Below are positions 7,804-18,380 of a stretch of DNA of 28,155 bases, piece after piece (the stretch's first letter is position 1; the number at the start of each line of letters is the position of its first letter). This DNA comes from a virus (taxonomy: Duplodnaviria > Heunggongvirae > Uroviricota > Caudoviricetes): IMG/VR virus record IMGVR_UViG_2547132281_000009, positions 1-28,155 of that record; one strand, given 5' to 3'. A program made the translations under genes and the position numbers. The notes beneath the pieces were generated by a model. It was not told the origin of the DNA, did not search any database, and saw only the letters and a program-made list of their open reading frames with translations.

Positions 7804-8676
7804 TTATTTAATTTCTTTTTCCGGTAAATACATTGTCATTTGAACAGGTTTCTTTCCATAGTGTTGAGCAACTCGACTTCTTAGCTCATGCATGGTGTCG
7901 CATGTTTTTGCGACCCCAATAACCTCCCAGCACCTTGATACAAGCTGCCTTACACCTAGGTTCTCGGTTAACTGTCTATGCCAGTGAACTCCTGCCGCAG
8001 GCTTGTTTTCTTTAAGATATTTAGCCACATCTTCGTCAAGAGTGTCATAAATTAACTCTATAACTAATTTCCCCCACCATTTGGGCCTTGATTGCAATGG
8101 GGTACTCCATCCTGTCAATCTACCAAATTCTTCCCATAACTCATCAGGAAATGTTTTTTCCCATGCTCTTAGTTCCTCAGCGATGAACGCCCTGAGTTTT
8201 ACTTGGAGAGCATCCTCTGCGCGCTCATACTGATACCCAGTAGCCTCATCAATTAGAGCATCTAACCCAGTCCTGGTTAAACCTGCTGTTAATACAGCAC
8301 ATTTAATTGCTATTTCTCGCTGTCTATCTGTCAATGGCGCGCCTTTGTATAGCGCCTGTACATAGCCGCGACAAATCAATTCAAATTGCTCAGTCTTAAG
8401 TCCTTGGCTCTTAAATTGGGTTCCTGGTATGGAAAACTCTATGAGTTCGGCCAGGACTAAGTCTTTGTCTATAAAGCCATTAAGTGAGCTAACGCCAATA
8501 AATTTAGCCAGGTCTCCTGACTCCGCATTGGCAATTGCTTTTACAGTTGCTCGCAAAGCTATAACACGATGTCCAGTGTCAAGCACATAGCAATCAATAC
8601 TTTCACCACCTAAGTCGATCTTCCCCTTCCATTTTGCGAATGGGGATGGTAATTGCTGTAAATCATCATGTTCCAT
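7804..8676 (-). CDS. Unknown-family protein (~290 aa) in the rexAB slot downstream of cI; candidate exclusion/defence gene
   Basis: Long ORF co-oriented with cI; start most likely the ATG at 8676 (AAGGG upstream, 32 nt after cI stop); the ORF-track start at 8772 would overlap the cI coding sequence by 65 bp; no transmembrane segment; no similarity to RexA/RexB. Confidence 0.6.
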   Translation of the reverse strand: MEHDDLQQLPSPFAKWKGKIDLGGESIDCYVLDTGHRVIALRATVKAIANAESGDLAKFIGVSSLNGFIDKDLVLAELIEFSIPGTQFKSQGLKTEQFELICRGYVQALYKGAPLTDRQREIAIKCAVLTAGLTRTGLDALIDEATGYQYERAEDALQVKLRAFIAEELRAWEKTFPDELWEEFGRLTGWSTPLQSRPKWWGKLVIELIYDTLDEDVAKYLKENKPAAGVHWHRQLTENLGVRQLVSRCWEVIGVAKTCDTMHELRSRVAQHYGKKPVQMTMYLPEKEIK

Positions 8677-8707
8677 TAATTGAATTACCCTTTTTTGCTG
8701 CGTTGAA

Positions 8708-9424
<717 letters not shown>

Positions 9425-9431
9425 TTAAATC

Positions 9432-9497
9432 TATCACCGCAAGGGATAAATATCTAACACCGTGCGTGTTGACTATTTTACCTCTAGCGGTGATAAT
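9432..9497. promoter_or_regulatory. OR3-OR2-OR1 operators with divergent pRM and pR promoters
   Basis: tatcaccgcaagggata (9432-9448), taacaccgtgcgtgttg (9455-9471), tacctctagcggtgata (9479-9495); pR TTGACT (9469-9474), 17 bp, GATAAT (9492-9497); cro Shine-Dalgarno AGGAGG. Confidence 0.9.
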
Positions 9498-9512
9498 GGT
9501 TGCATGTACTAA

Positions 9513-9722
<210 letters not shown>

Positions 9723-9729
9723 ATAACCA

Positions 9730-9761
9730 CGCTCTTACACATCCCAGCCCTGAAAAAGGGC
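9730..9761 (+). promoter_or_regulatory. nutR site (boxA CGCTCTTA, boxB GCCCTGAAAAAGGGC), followed by the tR1 region
   Basis: cgctcttacacatcccagccctgaaaaagggc immediately after the cro stop, as in lambda. Confidence 0.85.
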
Positions 9762-9840
9762 ATCAAATTAAACCACACCTATGGTGTATGCATTTATTTG
9801 CATACATTCAATCAATTGTTATCTAAGGAAATACTTACAT

Positions 9841-10134
9841 ATGGTTCGTGCAAACAAACGCAACGAGGCTCTACGAATCGAGAGTGCGTTGCTTAACAAA
9901 ATCGCAATGCTTGGAACTGAGAAGACAGCGGAAGCTGTGGGAGTTGATAAGTCGCAGATCAGCAGGTGGAAGAGGGACTGGATTCCAAAGTTCTCAATGC
10001 TGCTTGCTGTTCTTGAATGGGGTGTCGTTGACGACGACATGGCTCGATTGGCACGACAAGTTGCAGCGATTCTCACCAATAAAAAACGCCCGGCGGCAAC
10101 CGAGCGTTCTGAACAAATCCAGATGGAATTCTGA
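9841..10134 (+). CDS. cII: CII transcriptional activator (lambda CII-like, 97 aa)
   Basis: [73 protein letters not shown]... matches lambda CII; the ORF-track N-terminal extension from 9781 is upstream read-through. Confidence 0.95.
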   Translation: MVRANKRNEALRIESALLNKIAMLGTEKTAEAVGVDKSQISRWKRDWIPKFSMLLAVLEWGVVDDDMARLARQVAAILTNKKRPAATERSEQIQMEF

Positions 10135-10166
10135 GGTCATTACTGGATCAATCCACAGGAGTCATT

Positions 10167-10313
10167 ATGACAAAACAACTCAGTCCTTACCAGGACAAAA
10201 TTCACAAACACATACTACGTGATCGCTTCCTGTCCAGCTTCAAGCAGCCTGGTCGATTCCGGGCTGAGTTGGAAAAAGTGAAGCTGATGCAGAAGGAGAA
10301 AGGTCATGAGTAA
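10167..10313 (+). pseudogene. Truncated 48-codon ORF at the position of the replication-initiator (O-like) gene; probable remnant at a deletion junction
   Basis: Starts with the lambda O-type initiation context aggagtcattATGACAAA right after cII, then stops after 48 codons; gp10 follows 113 bp later. Confidence 0.3.
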
Positions 10314-10426
10314 CATATCTAATCTATCCAAACCGTATGCCTGTTGGTAGCGGTAACCAGTTGGCGAAGTGGAACGGTTGGAATTACTTCCACCGGAAGG
10401 AACCTTGCGATAACGGGAGCGAATAA

Positions 10427-11845
10427 ATGCCGATTCAGCAACTTCCGCTTATGAAAGGTGTCGGCAAAGACTTTCGAAACGCCGACTATATCGACTATCT
10501 GCCAGTGAATATGTTGGCTACACCCAAAGAAATCCTGAACAGCAGCGGATATCTTCGCTCATTCCCGGGCATTGCCAAACGTTCTGATGTGAACGGAGTA
10601 TCGCGAGGCGTCGAGTACAACATGGCGCAGAATGCTGTTTATCGCGTGTGTGGTGGCAAGCTGTACAAAGGAGAAAGTGAAGTCGGTGACGTCGCCGGAA
10701 GTGGTCGTGTATCAATGGCGCATGGTCGGACATCACAGGCGGTAGGTGTTAATGGTCAACTGGTCGAGTATCGCTATGATGGAACGGTTAAAACCGTCTC
10801 AAACTGGCCTACAGACAGCGGATTCACGCAGTATGAGTTAGGTTCTGTTCGTGACATTACGCGCTTACGCGGGCGTTATGCGTGGTCAAAAGACGGCACT
10901 GATTCATGGTTTATCACTGACCTTGAAGACGAATCGCATCCTGACAGATACAGTGCACAATATCGTGCCGAGTCTCAGCCTGACGGTATTATCGGCATCG
11001 GAACATGGCGAGACTTCATCGTCTGCTTTGGTTCATCGACGATTGAATATTTCTCCCTGACTGGTGCAACCACAGTTGGTGCTGCTTTGTATGTCGCACA
11101 GCCATCGCTGATGGTGCAAAAAGGCATCGCCGGGACTTACTGCAAAACGCCGTTTGCTGATTCCTATGCGTTTATCAGCAATCCGGCAACGGGTGCGCCG
11201 TCTGTATACATTATCGGCTCCGGTCAGGTGTCACCAATCGCCAGCGCGAGCATTGAGAAAATTCTCCGCTCCTACACTGCTGATGAACTGGCTGATGGTG
11301 TGATGGAGTCTCTGCGATTTGATGCGCATGAGCTGCTGATTATCCACCTTCCGCGCCATGTTCTCGTGTACGACGCATCTTCAAGCGCCAATGGTCCGCA
11401 ATGGTGTGTGTTGAAAACTGGCTTGTATGACGATGTGTACCGCGCTATCGACTTCATTTACGAAGGCAATCAGATAACGTGCGGCGATAAGCTGGAATCG
11501 GTTACCGGCAAATTGCAGTTCGATATCAGCAGCCAGTACGACAAGCAACAGGAACACCTGCTGTTTACTCCACTGTTCAAAGCGGATAACGCCAGAGTTT
11601 TCGACCTTGAGGTTGAATCGTCAACTGGCGTTGCGCAGTATGCTGACCGCCTTTTTCTCTCTGCAACCACTGACGGCATCAATTACGGGCGTGAGCAGAT
11701 GATTGAGCAGAATGAACCGTTCGTTTACGACAAACGCGTTTTGTGGAAGCGAGTAGGGCGCATCAGGAAAAATGTCGGCTTCAAATTGCGCGTTATCACG
11801 AAGTCACCTGTCACTCTGTCTGGCTGCCAGATAAGGATTGAGTAA
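10427..11845 (+). CDS. P22 gp10-like tail accessory (head-completion/tail hub) protein, 472 aa
   Basis: [48 protein letters not shown]... matches P22 gp10 over its length and size (from memory). Confidence 0.85.
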   Translation: MPIQQLPLMKGVGKDFRNADYIDYLPVNMLATPKEILNSSGYLRSFPGIAKRSDVNGVSRGVEYNMAQNAVYRVCGGKLYKGESEVGDVAGSGRVSMAHGRTSQAVGVNGQLVEYRYDGTVKTVSNWPTDSGFTQYELGSVRDITRLRGRYAWSKDGTDSWFITDLEDESHPDRYSAQYRAESQPDGIIGIGTWRDFIVCFGSSTIEYFSLTGATTVGAALYVAQPSLMVQKGIAGTYCKTPFADSYAFISNPATGAPSVYIIGSGQVSPIASASIEKILRSYTADELADGVMESLRFDAHELLIIHLPRHVLVYDASSSANGPQWCVLKTGLYDDVYRAIDFIYEGNQITCGDKLESVTGKLQFDISSQYDKQQEHLLFTPLFKADNARVFDLEVESSTGVAQYADRLFLSATTDGINYGREQMIEQNEPFVYDKRVLWKRVGRIRKNVGFKLRVITKSPVTLSGCQIRIE

Positions 11846-12693
11846 TGGCGGATTCGAATCTCAATGTGCCGGTAATCATCCAGGCTACGCGGCTCGACAC
11901 ATCAGTCCTTCCACGCAATATCTTCTCGCAGTCATATCTGCTGTACGTTATCGCACAGGGTACTGATGTTGGTAACGTGGCGAACAAGGCCAACGAGGCC
12001 GGACAGGGCGCTTATGATGCACAGGTCAGAAACGATGAGCAGGATGTGATTCTCGCTGACCATGAGCAGCGAATTTCTGCTGCGGAAGCAACGCTTGTTA
12101 ATCATGAGGAGCGAATCAGCCAGGCAGAATCAACTCTTCAGGAACATGAAACACGAATAGCTCAGAATGAAAGCGATATTGCGTCGCTTGATACCAGAGT
12201 TCAGTCGCTGGAATCGCAGGTTTCAGACCATGAAACGCGCATCGATGCTCTGAAGTATGCCACTACTCGCAAGAAGTCAGAGGTTGTTTACTCTGGCGTA
12301 TCTGTAACCATCCCGACAGCGCCGACCAACCTTGTTAGCCTACTGAAAACGCTCACGCCGTCATCCGGCACGTTGGCACCATTCTTCGACACCGTTAACA
12401 ACAAGATGGTTGTGTTCAACGAGAACAAAACCTTGTTCTTCAAGCTGTCGATCGTCGGGACGTGGCCCAGCGGAACCGCAAACAGGTCAATGCAGCTAAC
12501 ATTTTCCGGTTCTGCTCCTGACACACTGGTAAGCAGTCGCAACTCGGCGACAACAACCGACAACATCCTGTTAGCTACGTTCTTCAGCGTGGATAAAGAC
12601 GGCTTTCTTGCCACAAATGGCAGTACGTTAACCATTCAGTCAAATGGGGCGGCGTTTACTGCCACAACCATCAAAATCATTGCGGAGCAGTGA
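11845..12693 (+). CDS. P22 gp26-like tail needle protein with extended C-terminal domain (282 aa)
   Basis: Follows gp10; central heptad repeats ([64 protein letters not shown]) typical of the trimeric coiled-coil needle; ~50 aa longer than P22 gp26. Confidence 0.75.
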   Translation: MADSNLNVPVIIQATRLDTSVLPRNIFSQSYLLYVIAQGTDVGNVANKANEAGQGAYDAQVRNDEQDVILADHEQRISAAEATLVNHEERISQAESTLQEHETRIAQNESDIASLDTRVQSLESQVSDHETRIDALKYATTRKKSEVVYSGVSVTIPTAPTNLVSLLKTLTPSSGTLAPFFDTVNNKMVVFNENKTLFFKLSIVGTWPSGTANRSMQLTFSGSAPDTLVSSRNSATTTDNILLATFFSVDKDGFLATNGSTLTIQSNGAAFTATTIKIIAEQ

Positions 12694-13148
12694 TGATTCA
12701 GTTCAAACCAACGCGAAACATCGACCTGATCGAAGCGGTAGGAAATCACCCTGACATTATCGCCGGGAGCAACAACGGTGATGGATACGACTACAAACCT
12801 GATTGCCGTTACTTTGAGGTGAACGTGCACGGGCAGTTCGGCGGCATTGTTTACTATCAGGAGATTCAGCCGCTGACATTCGATTGCCACGCCATGTACC
12901 TGCCAGAGATTCGCGGCTTCAGCAAGGAAATCGGGCTGGCGTTCTGGCGATACATTCTGACTAACACCACCGTTCAGTGCGTCACATCGTTCGCCGCACG
13001 CAAATTCCGCCACGGGCAGATTTACTGCGCAATGATTGGCCTTAAGCGTGTAGGAACCATCAAGAAATACTTTAAAGGCGTGGATGACGTGACTTTTTAC
13101 AGCGCCACACGCGAAGAACTAATCGACTTCCTGAATCACGGGAGATAG
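12690..13148 (+). CDS. P22 gp14-like head assembly/ejection-associated protein (152 aa)
   Basis: Assigned by conserved position in the P22 order 10-26-14-7-20-16; overlaps upstream stop (ATGA). Confidence 0.6.
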   Translation: MMIQFKPTRNIDLIEAVGNHPDIIAGSNNGDGYDYKPDCRYFEVNVHGQFGGIVYYQEIQPLTFDCHAMYLPEIRGFSKEIGLAFWRYILTNTTVQCVTSFAARKFRHGQIYCAMIGLKRVGTIKKYFKGVDDVTFYSATREELIDFLNHGR

Positions 13149-13150
13149 CC

Positions 13151-13846
13151 ATGTTATATGCATTTAAGCTGGGCAGAAAACTGCGCGGCGAGGAACCTTA
13201 TTGCCCTGAAAAGGGTGGGAAAGGTGGCAGTTCTGATAAAAGCGCAAAGTATGCAGCAGAAGCTCAGAAGTATGCCGCAGACCTGCAAAATCAGCAGTTC
13301 AACACCATCATGAACAACCTGAAGCCGTTTACTCCTCTGGCTGATAAGTATGTCGGCAGCCTCGAGAACTTATCGTCTCTGGAAGGGCAAGGTCAGGCAC
13401 TTAACCAGTATTACAACTCTCAGCAGTATAAAGACCTTGCAGGTCAGGCTCGCTATCAGAGTCTGGCGGCAGCGGAAGCAACAGGTGGGTTAGGTTCCAC
13501 CGCAACCAGTAATCAGTTAGCAACAATCGCACCAACGCTTGGTCAGCAATGGCTATCTGGACAAATGAACAACTACCAGAATCTGGCAAATATCGGTCTT
13601 GGCGCTCTTCAGGGGCAGGCAAACGCCGGGCAAACATATGCCAACAACATGAGTCAGATTTCACAGCAAAGCGCGGCTCTTGCAGCGGCAAACGCCAACC
13701 GACCATCAGCAATGCAATCTGCTATTGGCGGAGGTGCGTCTGGTGCTATTGCTGGGGCCGGACTTGCGAAATTAATTGGCTCATCAACTCCGTGGGGTGC
13801 TGGTATCGGTGCTGGTATCGGTCTGCTTGGTTCACTGCTTTATTAA
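13151..13846 (+). CDS. P22 gp7-like ejection (internal virion) protein (231 aa)
   Basis: Position in the P22 order and Gly/Ala/Gln-rich low-complexity composition typical of ejection proteins. Confidence 0.65.
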   Translation: MLYAFKLGRKLRGEEPYCPEKGGKGGSSDKSAKYAAEAQKYAADLQNQQFNTIMNNLKPFTPLADKYVGSLENLSSLEGQGQALNQYYNSQQYKDLAGQARYQSLAAAEATGGLGSTATSNQLATIAPTLGQQWLSGQMNNYQNLANIGLGALQGQANAGQTYANNMSQISQQSAALAAANANRPSAMQSAIGGGASGAIAGAGLAKLIGSSTPWGAGIGAGIGLLGSLLY

Positions 13847-13856
13847 GGGGTAATCA

Positions 13857-15206
13857 ATGGCTACGTGGCAACAGGGTATTAATTCTGGTGGTTTTCTGGC
13901 TGGCATTGGTGCGCAAAACGAGAATGCGCCAAAGGCAAAAGACATTAATGCAACGCTTGGCCTGATCCGCGAAAACAATGAACTGGCTCGCTCAGGTGCA
14001 AATAACGTTGGCCTGACCGCGTTACGTGGTCTGGCTGGAGTTGCTGATATTTACAATCAGGAACAGCAACAGAAAGCTATTAGTGCGTTCAATAAGGTTC
14101 ACGCTGATGCATGGGCTTCTGGTGATCCATCGGGACTATTTAAGTTTGCCCAGGAAAATCCAGCGTTTGTTGCACAGGCACAACAGGCGTTTTCTGGTCT
14201 TAATGATCAGCAACGCAACGATATGGGCGATTTAGCCATGAGGGCTAACGTCGCTCTTTCTCAGGGACCGGAAGCCTACAGTAAATTCATTACTGACAAC
14301 AAGGACAGGTTAAATCGCGTGGGGGCGAATGCTGACTGGATGATTCAGACAGGTATCCAGAATCCAGAGCAGCTATCACACATGCTGACTACGATGTCTC
14401 TCGGTGCGCTTGGGCCAGAAAAGGCGTTTGCTGTTCAGGACAAGATGGTTGGTCGCCAGCAGGAGCAGCAAAGAATTAACGAAACCATTCGCAATAATGA
14501 CATGACGAATGCGAGGGCTATTAGGGGGCAGGATCTTTCCTATAAGGCTCAAATGGCAAGACTGAATCACGACAAGTATGTGTTTAAGCAGTCACAGGCG
14601 GCCCTTGAAAGAGCAGGACAACTTCAGGATATGGATGTTTTGTCTCTTAACTCACAGATAGCAGCGACGGGAATTGATCCTCTAACCGGTAAAGCTGCAA
14701 CGTCAGCCAGAATGTCTCAGGCTAAGAGATGGCTTGATGGCAACAATAATTACAACAATGCGTTGATTACTGGTGAGCGAGGGATAGAGAAAATAGATTC
14801 TTTGCTTGGTAAGAAGGAGCTTGAAGGTATCGGTCGCTTCGAAGGAAGAAATATAGATGGCTTCACAAGTGCTGAAGGGCTTGCAAACCGTAATGCGATA
14901 GAAGAATTAAAGTCGGGTGCGTTTGTCCAGAACGTGCAGACTATGCGAGGTATGGGTAGCCTCTCCAATGCTGAAGGCCAAAAACTGGAAAACCTGATCG
15001 CGAAACTCGATATAACACAGCCTGAAGAGGTCGTCAGAAAACAGTTATCTGAAATACGATCTCAATATTCTGTATTTCAAAAGGTTGCAGCAAGGGAGGC
15101 TGAATCAATGGGATACAGTTCATCAGGTTATGACACATATGTTAGTGAGCGAAAATCAGGAAGCGACAGCAATAAGTCCGGTTTCTCGTCTTTATGGGGT
15201 GATTAA
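13857..15206 (+). CDS. P22 gp20-like ejection protein (449 aa)
   Basis: Position in the P22 order; size and composition. Confidence 0.65.
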   Translation: MATWQQGINSGGFLAGIGAQNENAPKAKDINATLGLIRENNELARSGANNVGLTALRGLAGVADIYNQEQQQKAISAFNKVHADAWASGDPSGLFKFAQENPAFVAQAQQAFSGLNDQQRNDMGDLAMRANVALSQGPEAYSKFITDNKDRLNRVGANADWMIQTGIQNPEQLSHMLTTMSLGALGPEKAFAVQDKMVGRQQEQQRINETIRNNDMTNARAIRGQDLSYKAQMARLNHDKYVFKQSQAALERAGQLQDMDVLSLNSQIAATGIDPLTGKAATSARMSQAKRWLDGNNNYNNALITGERGIEKIDSLLGKKELEGIGRFEGRNIDGFTSAEGLANRNAIEELKSGAFVQNVQTMRGMGSLSNAEGQKLENLIAKLDITQPEEVVRKQLSEIRSQYSVFQKVAAREAESMGYSSSGYDTYVSERKSGSDSNKSGFSSLWGD

Positions 15207-17374
15207 TGGCTAAAGCATGGAAAGATGTTATCGCTTCTCCACAGTATCAGGCGTTAACTGAAGAACAGAAAGCACAGGCTCAAGCGCAATATTTTGATGA
15301 GGTTGTTGCCCCTAAGGCTGGTGACAAATGGGCTGAAGCAAGAGATCAGTTTTATGCAGCATACCCTCCGCCTCAGCAGCAGAAAGAAGAACCATCATTG
15401 ATGCAACAAGCTGGCGATTGGCTCACTGGTGGTCAAAGTGCAGGGCAAATTGCAGAGCAGGCTGGTCGTGGTCTGGTAAACATACCATTTGACGTATTGC
15501 AGGGTGGCGCAAGTCTGATTAATGCAATCAGCCAGGGGCTTGGTGGCCCCAAGGTTTTGGACGATGTCTATCGTCCAGTAGATCGACCAACAGACCCTTA
15601 TGCGCAAGCTGGTGAAACAATTGGTGGGTATCTCCTGCCAATTGGCACAGCGGCAAAAGCTGCTGGAGCGCCAGCAAAGCTCGCTGGAGATATCGGTTCC
15701 GCAGGAAACATGATTGCAGGTTCTCTTGCTGATGCTGCAAATCAGGAGGGCGACTTTGCACAAAATGCTGCCATTAACGGTGGTATCAATATTGGTGCTC
15801 AGGGGATACTTTCTGGGGCTGGAAGGATCTTAACCTCTAAATCACCTCAAGTTCTTGGTGGCGGGGCAATAAATTCCGCTGCTGATGTTTCGAAAATGGC
15901 AAAGTCTGGTACAGGAAGAGAGATTATTGCCAGACAGTCAGCTAATGTGTCAGACGAAATAGCAAAAGCAGCAGATACTGCTGGAATAGATATCAACGCA
16001 TTAACTCCTGGCATGAGATCAGGTAGTCGTGGTCTTGCTCAGGCGGAGGGGATTCTGGCGTCAAAGCCCGGAATTACACAGGATGCACACACCAAAGCAT
16101 TCAGTGAAATAGAGTCGAAATTTAACTCAGCATTGGATGAGTTTGGGGCTGAAGCAGGAACTGCATCAGAAAAAAGTGCAGCCATAAAACAAAGGGTTTT
16201 GGCAAGTATTGATAAAATGAAAAATTCAGAAAAGGCCGCATGGGATAGCGTCCGCTCCACGATGCCTGACGCAAAGGCCAGAATGTCAAACCTGAACGCT
16301 ACAATTCAGGGTGATATTTTGGCTGGCATGCCGCTAACTCCTGAGATGAAACAATTCGCATCTGCTTATGCTAAAACTGGTAAAAAAGGAATCACGTTTG
16401 ATGCCATGAAGGCATGGCGAAGTAAACTTGCTGACGCAGAGCAGAAGTATATAAGGTCTGGTGAGGCAAATACGGCAAGGCGCATGGCTGAGCTTCGTGA
16501 TGCAGCAACGGAAGATATGCGCATAATGGCTCAAAATGGCGGTTTTCTTGATGACTGGCAAAAAGCTAATGATCTGTCAAAGGCAAGATTTACAGCACAA
16601 GAACAGGCTGAAGCAGCGTTTGGTAGAGACCTTGCAACTGATCAGTTGGTAACTAATGGATCTAAGGCGTTACAGGGTTCAGCAAAAAGTGGAACAGGTC
16701 AGTTCCATAAAATAATAAGCGCCCTACCTGAGTCGGAACGCGCGCCAGCAATTGCATCAATATTACAAGATGCAATGTCGCAAGGGGTACGCGGAGGTAA
16801 GTCTGAAGAGGCTGGAATTAAGCATATCGCGACTATTCTTACCCCACAAAACGTGAAGGCAATTAGTCGATATTCTCCAGAACTTGGCAGGATTACAAGT
16901 TCATACGGAGAACTTGCACGAGCAGCAACAAAGCCACTTCGATATGTTGAACAGACAGGGCGATCTATGCCAGCCATTAGCACTCTTGAGAATGGCCTTC
17001 ATCCAGTTTTAGAGAGCGCATTGTCTGGCGCTTTTAGAACTACTGGCACTATCGCAGGGTTCTCTGGAGGAGGCGTTATTGGAGCAATAGCGGGTGGCGC
17101 TGCAGGTGGGGCAATTGATGCAATGGCAAAAGGAGCGATAGCGAAATTATCCGCAACTAGAAGCGGTCGTTACGCTATTGAAAAGGCTGTTCAAGAGGCA
17201 ACAAAGGCAGTTAAGGTTGGGGCAAGTGATGGTGCATTAGCGGCGGCGGAACGCAGATTTATGGCAAATAAGGCCGCCGTAAAAGCAATACGCGAGGCAC
17301 TAGGAAACGAAGAGTTCCAGCGTTTAGCAAGAGCTGGAATTGTGGCATCGCTAAGCGGAATGGCACAGGAGTAA
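15206..17374 (+). CDS. P22 gp16-like ejection protein (722 aa)
   Basis: Position in the P22 order; last gene of the rightward structural block; longer than P22 gp16 as I recall it. Confidence 0.65.
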   Translation: MAKAWKDVIASPQYQALTEEQKAQAQAQYFDEVVAPKAGDKWAEARDQFYAAYPPPQQQKEEPSLMQQAGDWLTGGQSAGQIAEQAGRGLVNIPFDVLQGGASLINAISQGLGGPKVLDDVYRPVDRPTDPYAQAGETIGGYLLPIGTAAKAAGAPAKLAGDIGSAGNMIAGSLADAANQEGDFAQNAAINGGINIGAQGILSGAGRILTSKSPQVLGGGAINSAADVSKMAKSGTGREIIARQSANVSDEIAKAADTAGIDINALTPGMRSGSRGLAQAEGILASKPGITQDAHTKAFSEIESKFNSALDEFGAEAGTASEKSAAIKQRVLASIDKMKNSEKAAWDSVRSTMPDAKARMSNLNATIQGDILAGMPLTPEMKQFASAYAKTGKKGITFDAMKAWRSKLADAEQKYIRSGEANTARRMAELRDAATEDMRIMAQNGGFLDDWQKANDLSKARFTAQEQAEAAFGRDLATDQLVTNGSKALQGSAKSGTGQFHKIISALPESERAPAIASILQDAMSQGVRGGKSEEAGIKHIATILTPQNVKAISRYSPELGRITSSYGELARAATKPLRYVEQTGRSMPAISTLENGLHPVLESALSGAFRTTGTIAGFSGGGVIGAIAGGAAGGAIDAMAKGAIAKLSATRSGRYAIEKAVQEATKAVKVGASDGALAAAERRFMANKAAVKAIREALGNEEFQRLARAGIVASLSGMAQE

Positions 17375-17767
17375 TTAGTCATCCATGGATGGATTGAGCT
17401 TATCTCGTGTTGATGTGGCAATTTTCCCAACATTTTTCAACCAAGATTTTAAGAAGGATATGTCGTCCTTAATATCATGAATATCCTCATTCTTTATACG
17501 ATCAACCTTATCCTCTAAGCTCTCTATAGAACGCTCAATGCTAGACAGAGAGATTTTTAAGTCCCCTTGCTCACGTTCCAGTGAGGATTTGAGAGCACAA
17601 TATTCGTTTTCTAGAATTCCTATTTTTTTTGTTAGAGAGTGCATTCGATACTCATACACCAAACCAGAAACGACTAATGCAGCCAACAGAAACCATTCAA
17701 GCACACCAACCTCCTTAGTTTTGTGCAGGATACCAGATGGTTTGGAGTGAGATAAAGGTTTGTCCAC
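17375..17767 (-). CDS. Small membrane-anchored coiled-coil protein (130 aa), candidate superinfection-exclusion or accessory component
   Basis: ORF fills the entire gap between the gp16 stop and the PIN gene; one hydrophobic helix (WFLLAALVVSGLVY) followed by heptad-like charged repeats; GTG start with weak Shine-Dalgarno, so the start is uncertain. Confidence 0.45.
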   Translation of the reverse strand: MDKPLSHSKPSGILHKTKEVGVLEWFLLAALVVSGLVYEYRMHSLTKKIGILENEYCALKSSLEREQGDLKISLSSIERSIESLEDKVDRIKNEDIHDIKDDISFLKSWLKNVGKIATSTRDKLNPSMDD

Positions 17768-17787
17768 TTTTGGCTATAGCTTTATGT

Positions 17788-17815
17788 ATCCGTGACGGAT
17801 GTAATTATCACGGAT
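17788..17815. promoter_or_regulatory. Inverted-repeat element ATCCGTGACGGAT ... TCACGGAT between the PIN gene and the downstream membrane-protein gene
   Basis: 13-bp palindrome at 17788-17800 and a third half-site copy at 17808-17815; no U-tract, so not a canonical terminator; possible operator. Confidence 0.3.
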
Positions 17816-17831
17816 GCATAAAAATTATATT

Positions 17832-18380
17832 TTAGTGTAATCTCTGATCGTCTGAATCGTGTAAGAACTCCATGAGACTTTGAACCGGAATTGGTTCTAT
17901 TGATGATAATGTGAACACAGGAATATTGAGACTTTTGCAACGCTCAAACACTCCCTTATCATGAGTCCATACCTCGTCAGCATTAATTGCTCTTGCAATT
18001 GCTATTATTTGTCTGTCAAACTTAATTTTGTTTGCTGTACCTTCTGTGCTAATTTTCCTTAATTCTTTTAATGTTGGTATCGATGCGCATTCAATAGCAG
18101 CCAACTCATCAAATGATACAGTTTCGAAGCACGATAACGATTTGATAACATTCAGTTTTTCTTGTTGGTAATCTTTATGGATTCCAACTAAAAACTCCGC
18201 CAATACAGGAGTTGGAACGATGATTGTCCCGTTCTTGTTATCTATTCGATCAACAAGAGCTTCTGCTCTTCTTTTGGCATCTGGAATCTCAGAACCAAGT
18301 ATAGGGTCAGATAATCTATAATCGTGTTCTATATCTGATAGTAGGTATACCAGAATATTGGTATCTAAAATTACTCGCAA
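17832..18380 (-). CDS. PIN-domain nuclease-like protein (182 aa)
   Basis: N-terminal MRVILDTNILVYLL with the conserved Asp in the first strand, further acidic residues and a C-terminal WTHD motif, consistent with a PIN fold; TTG start with AGGAAG Shine-Dalgarno, overlapping the upstream stop by 10 nt. Confidence 0.7.
   Translation of the reverse strand: MRVILDTNILVYLLSDIEHDYRLSDPILGSEIPDAKRRAEALVDRIDNKNGTIIVPTPVLAEFLVGIHKDYQQEKLNVIKSLSCFETVSFDELAAIECASIPTLKELRKISTEGTANKIKFDRQIIAIARAINADEVWTHDKGVFERCKSLNIPVFTLSSIEPIPVQSLMEFLHDSDDQRLH

Noticed and set aside
9781-9840. N-terminal extension of the cII ORF in the ORF track
   Set aside because: Lambda CII begins [14 protein letters not shown] at 9841; the upstream part reads through the tR1 region
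15395-16561. Minus-strand ORFs inside the gp16 ejection-protein gene
   Set aside because: Embedded antisense within a long, well-supported structural gene; no start signals
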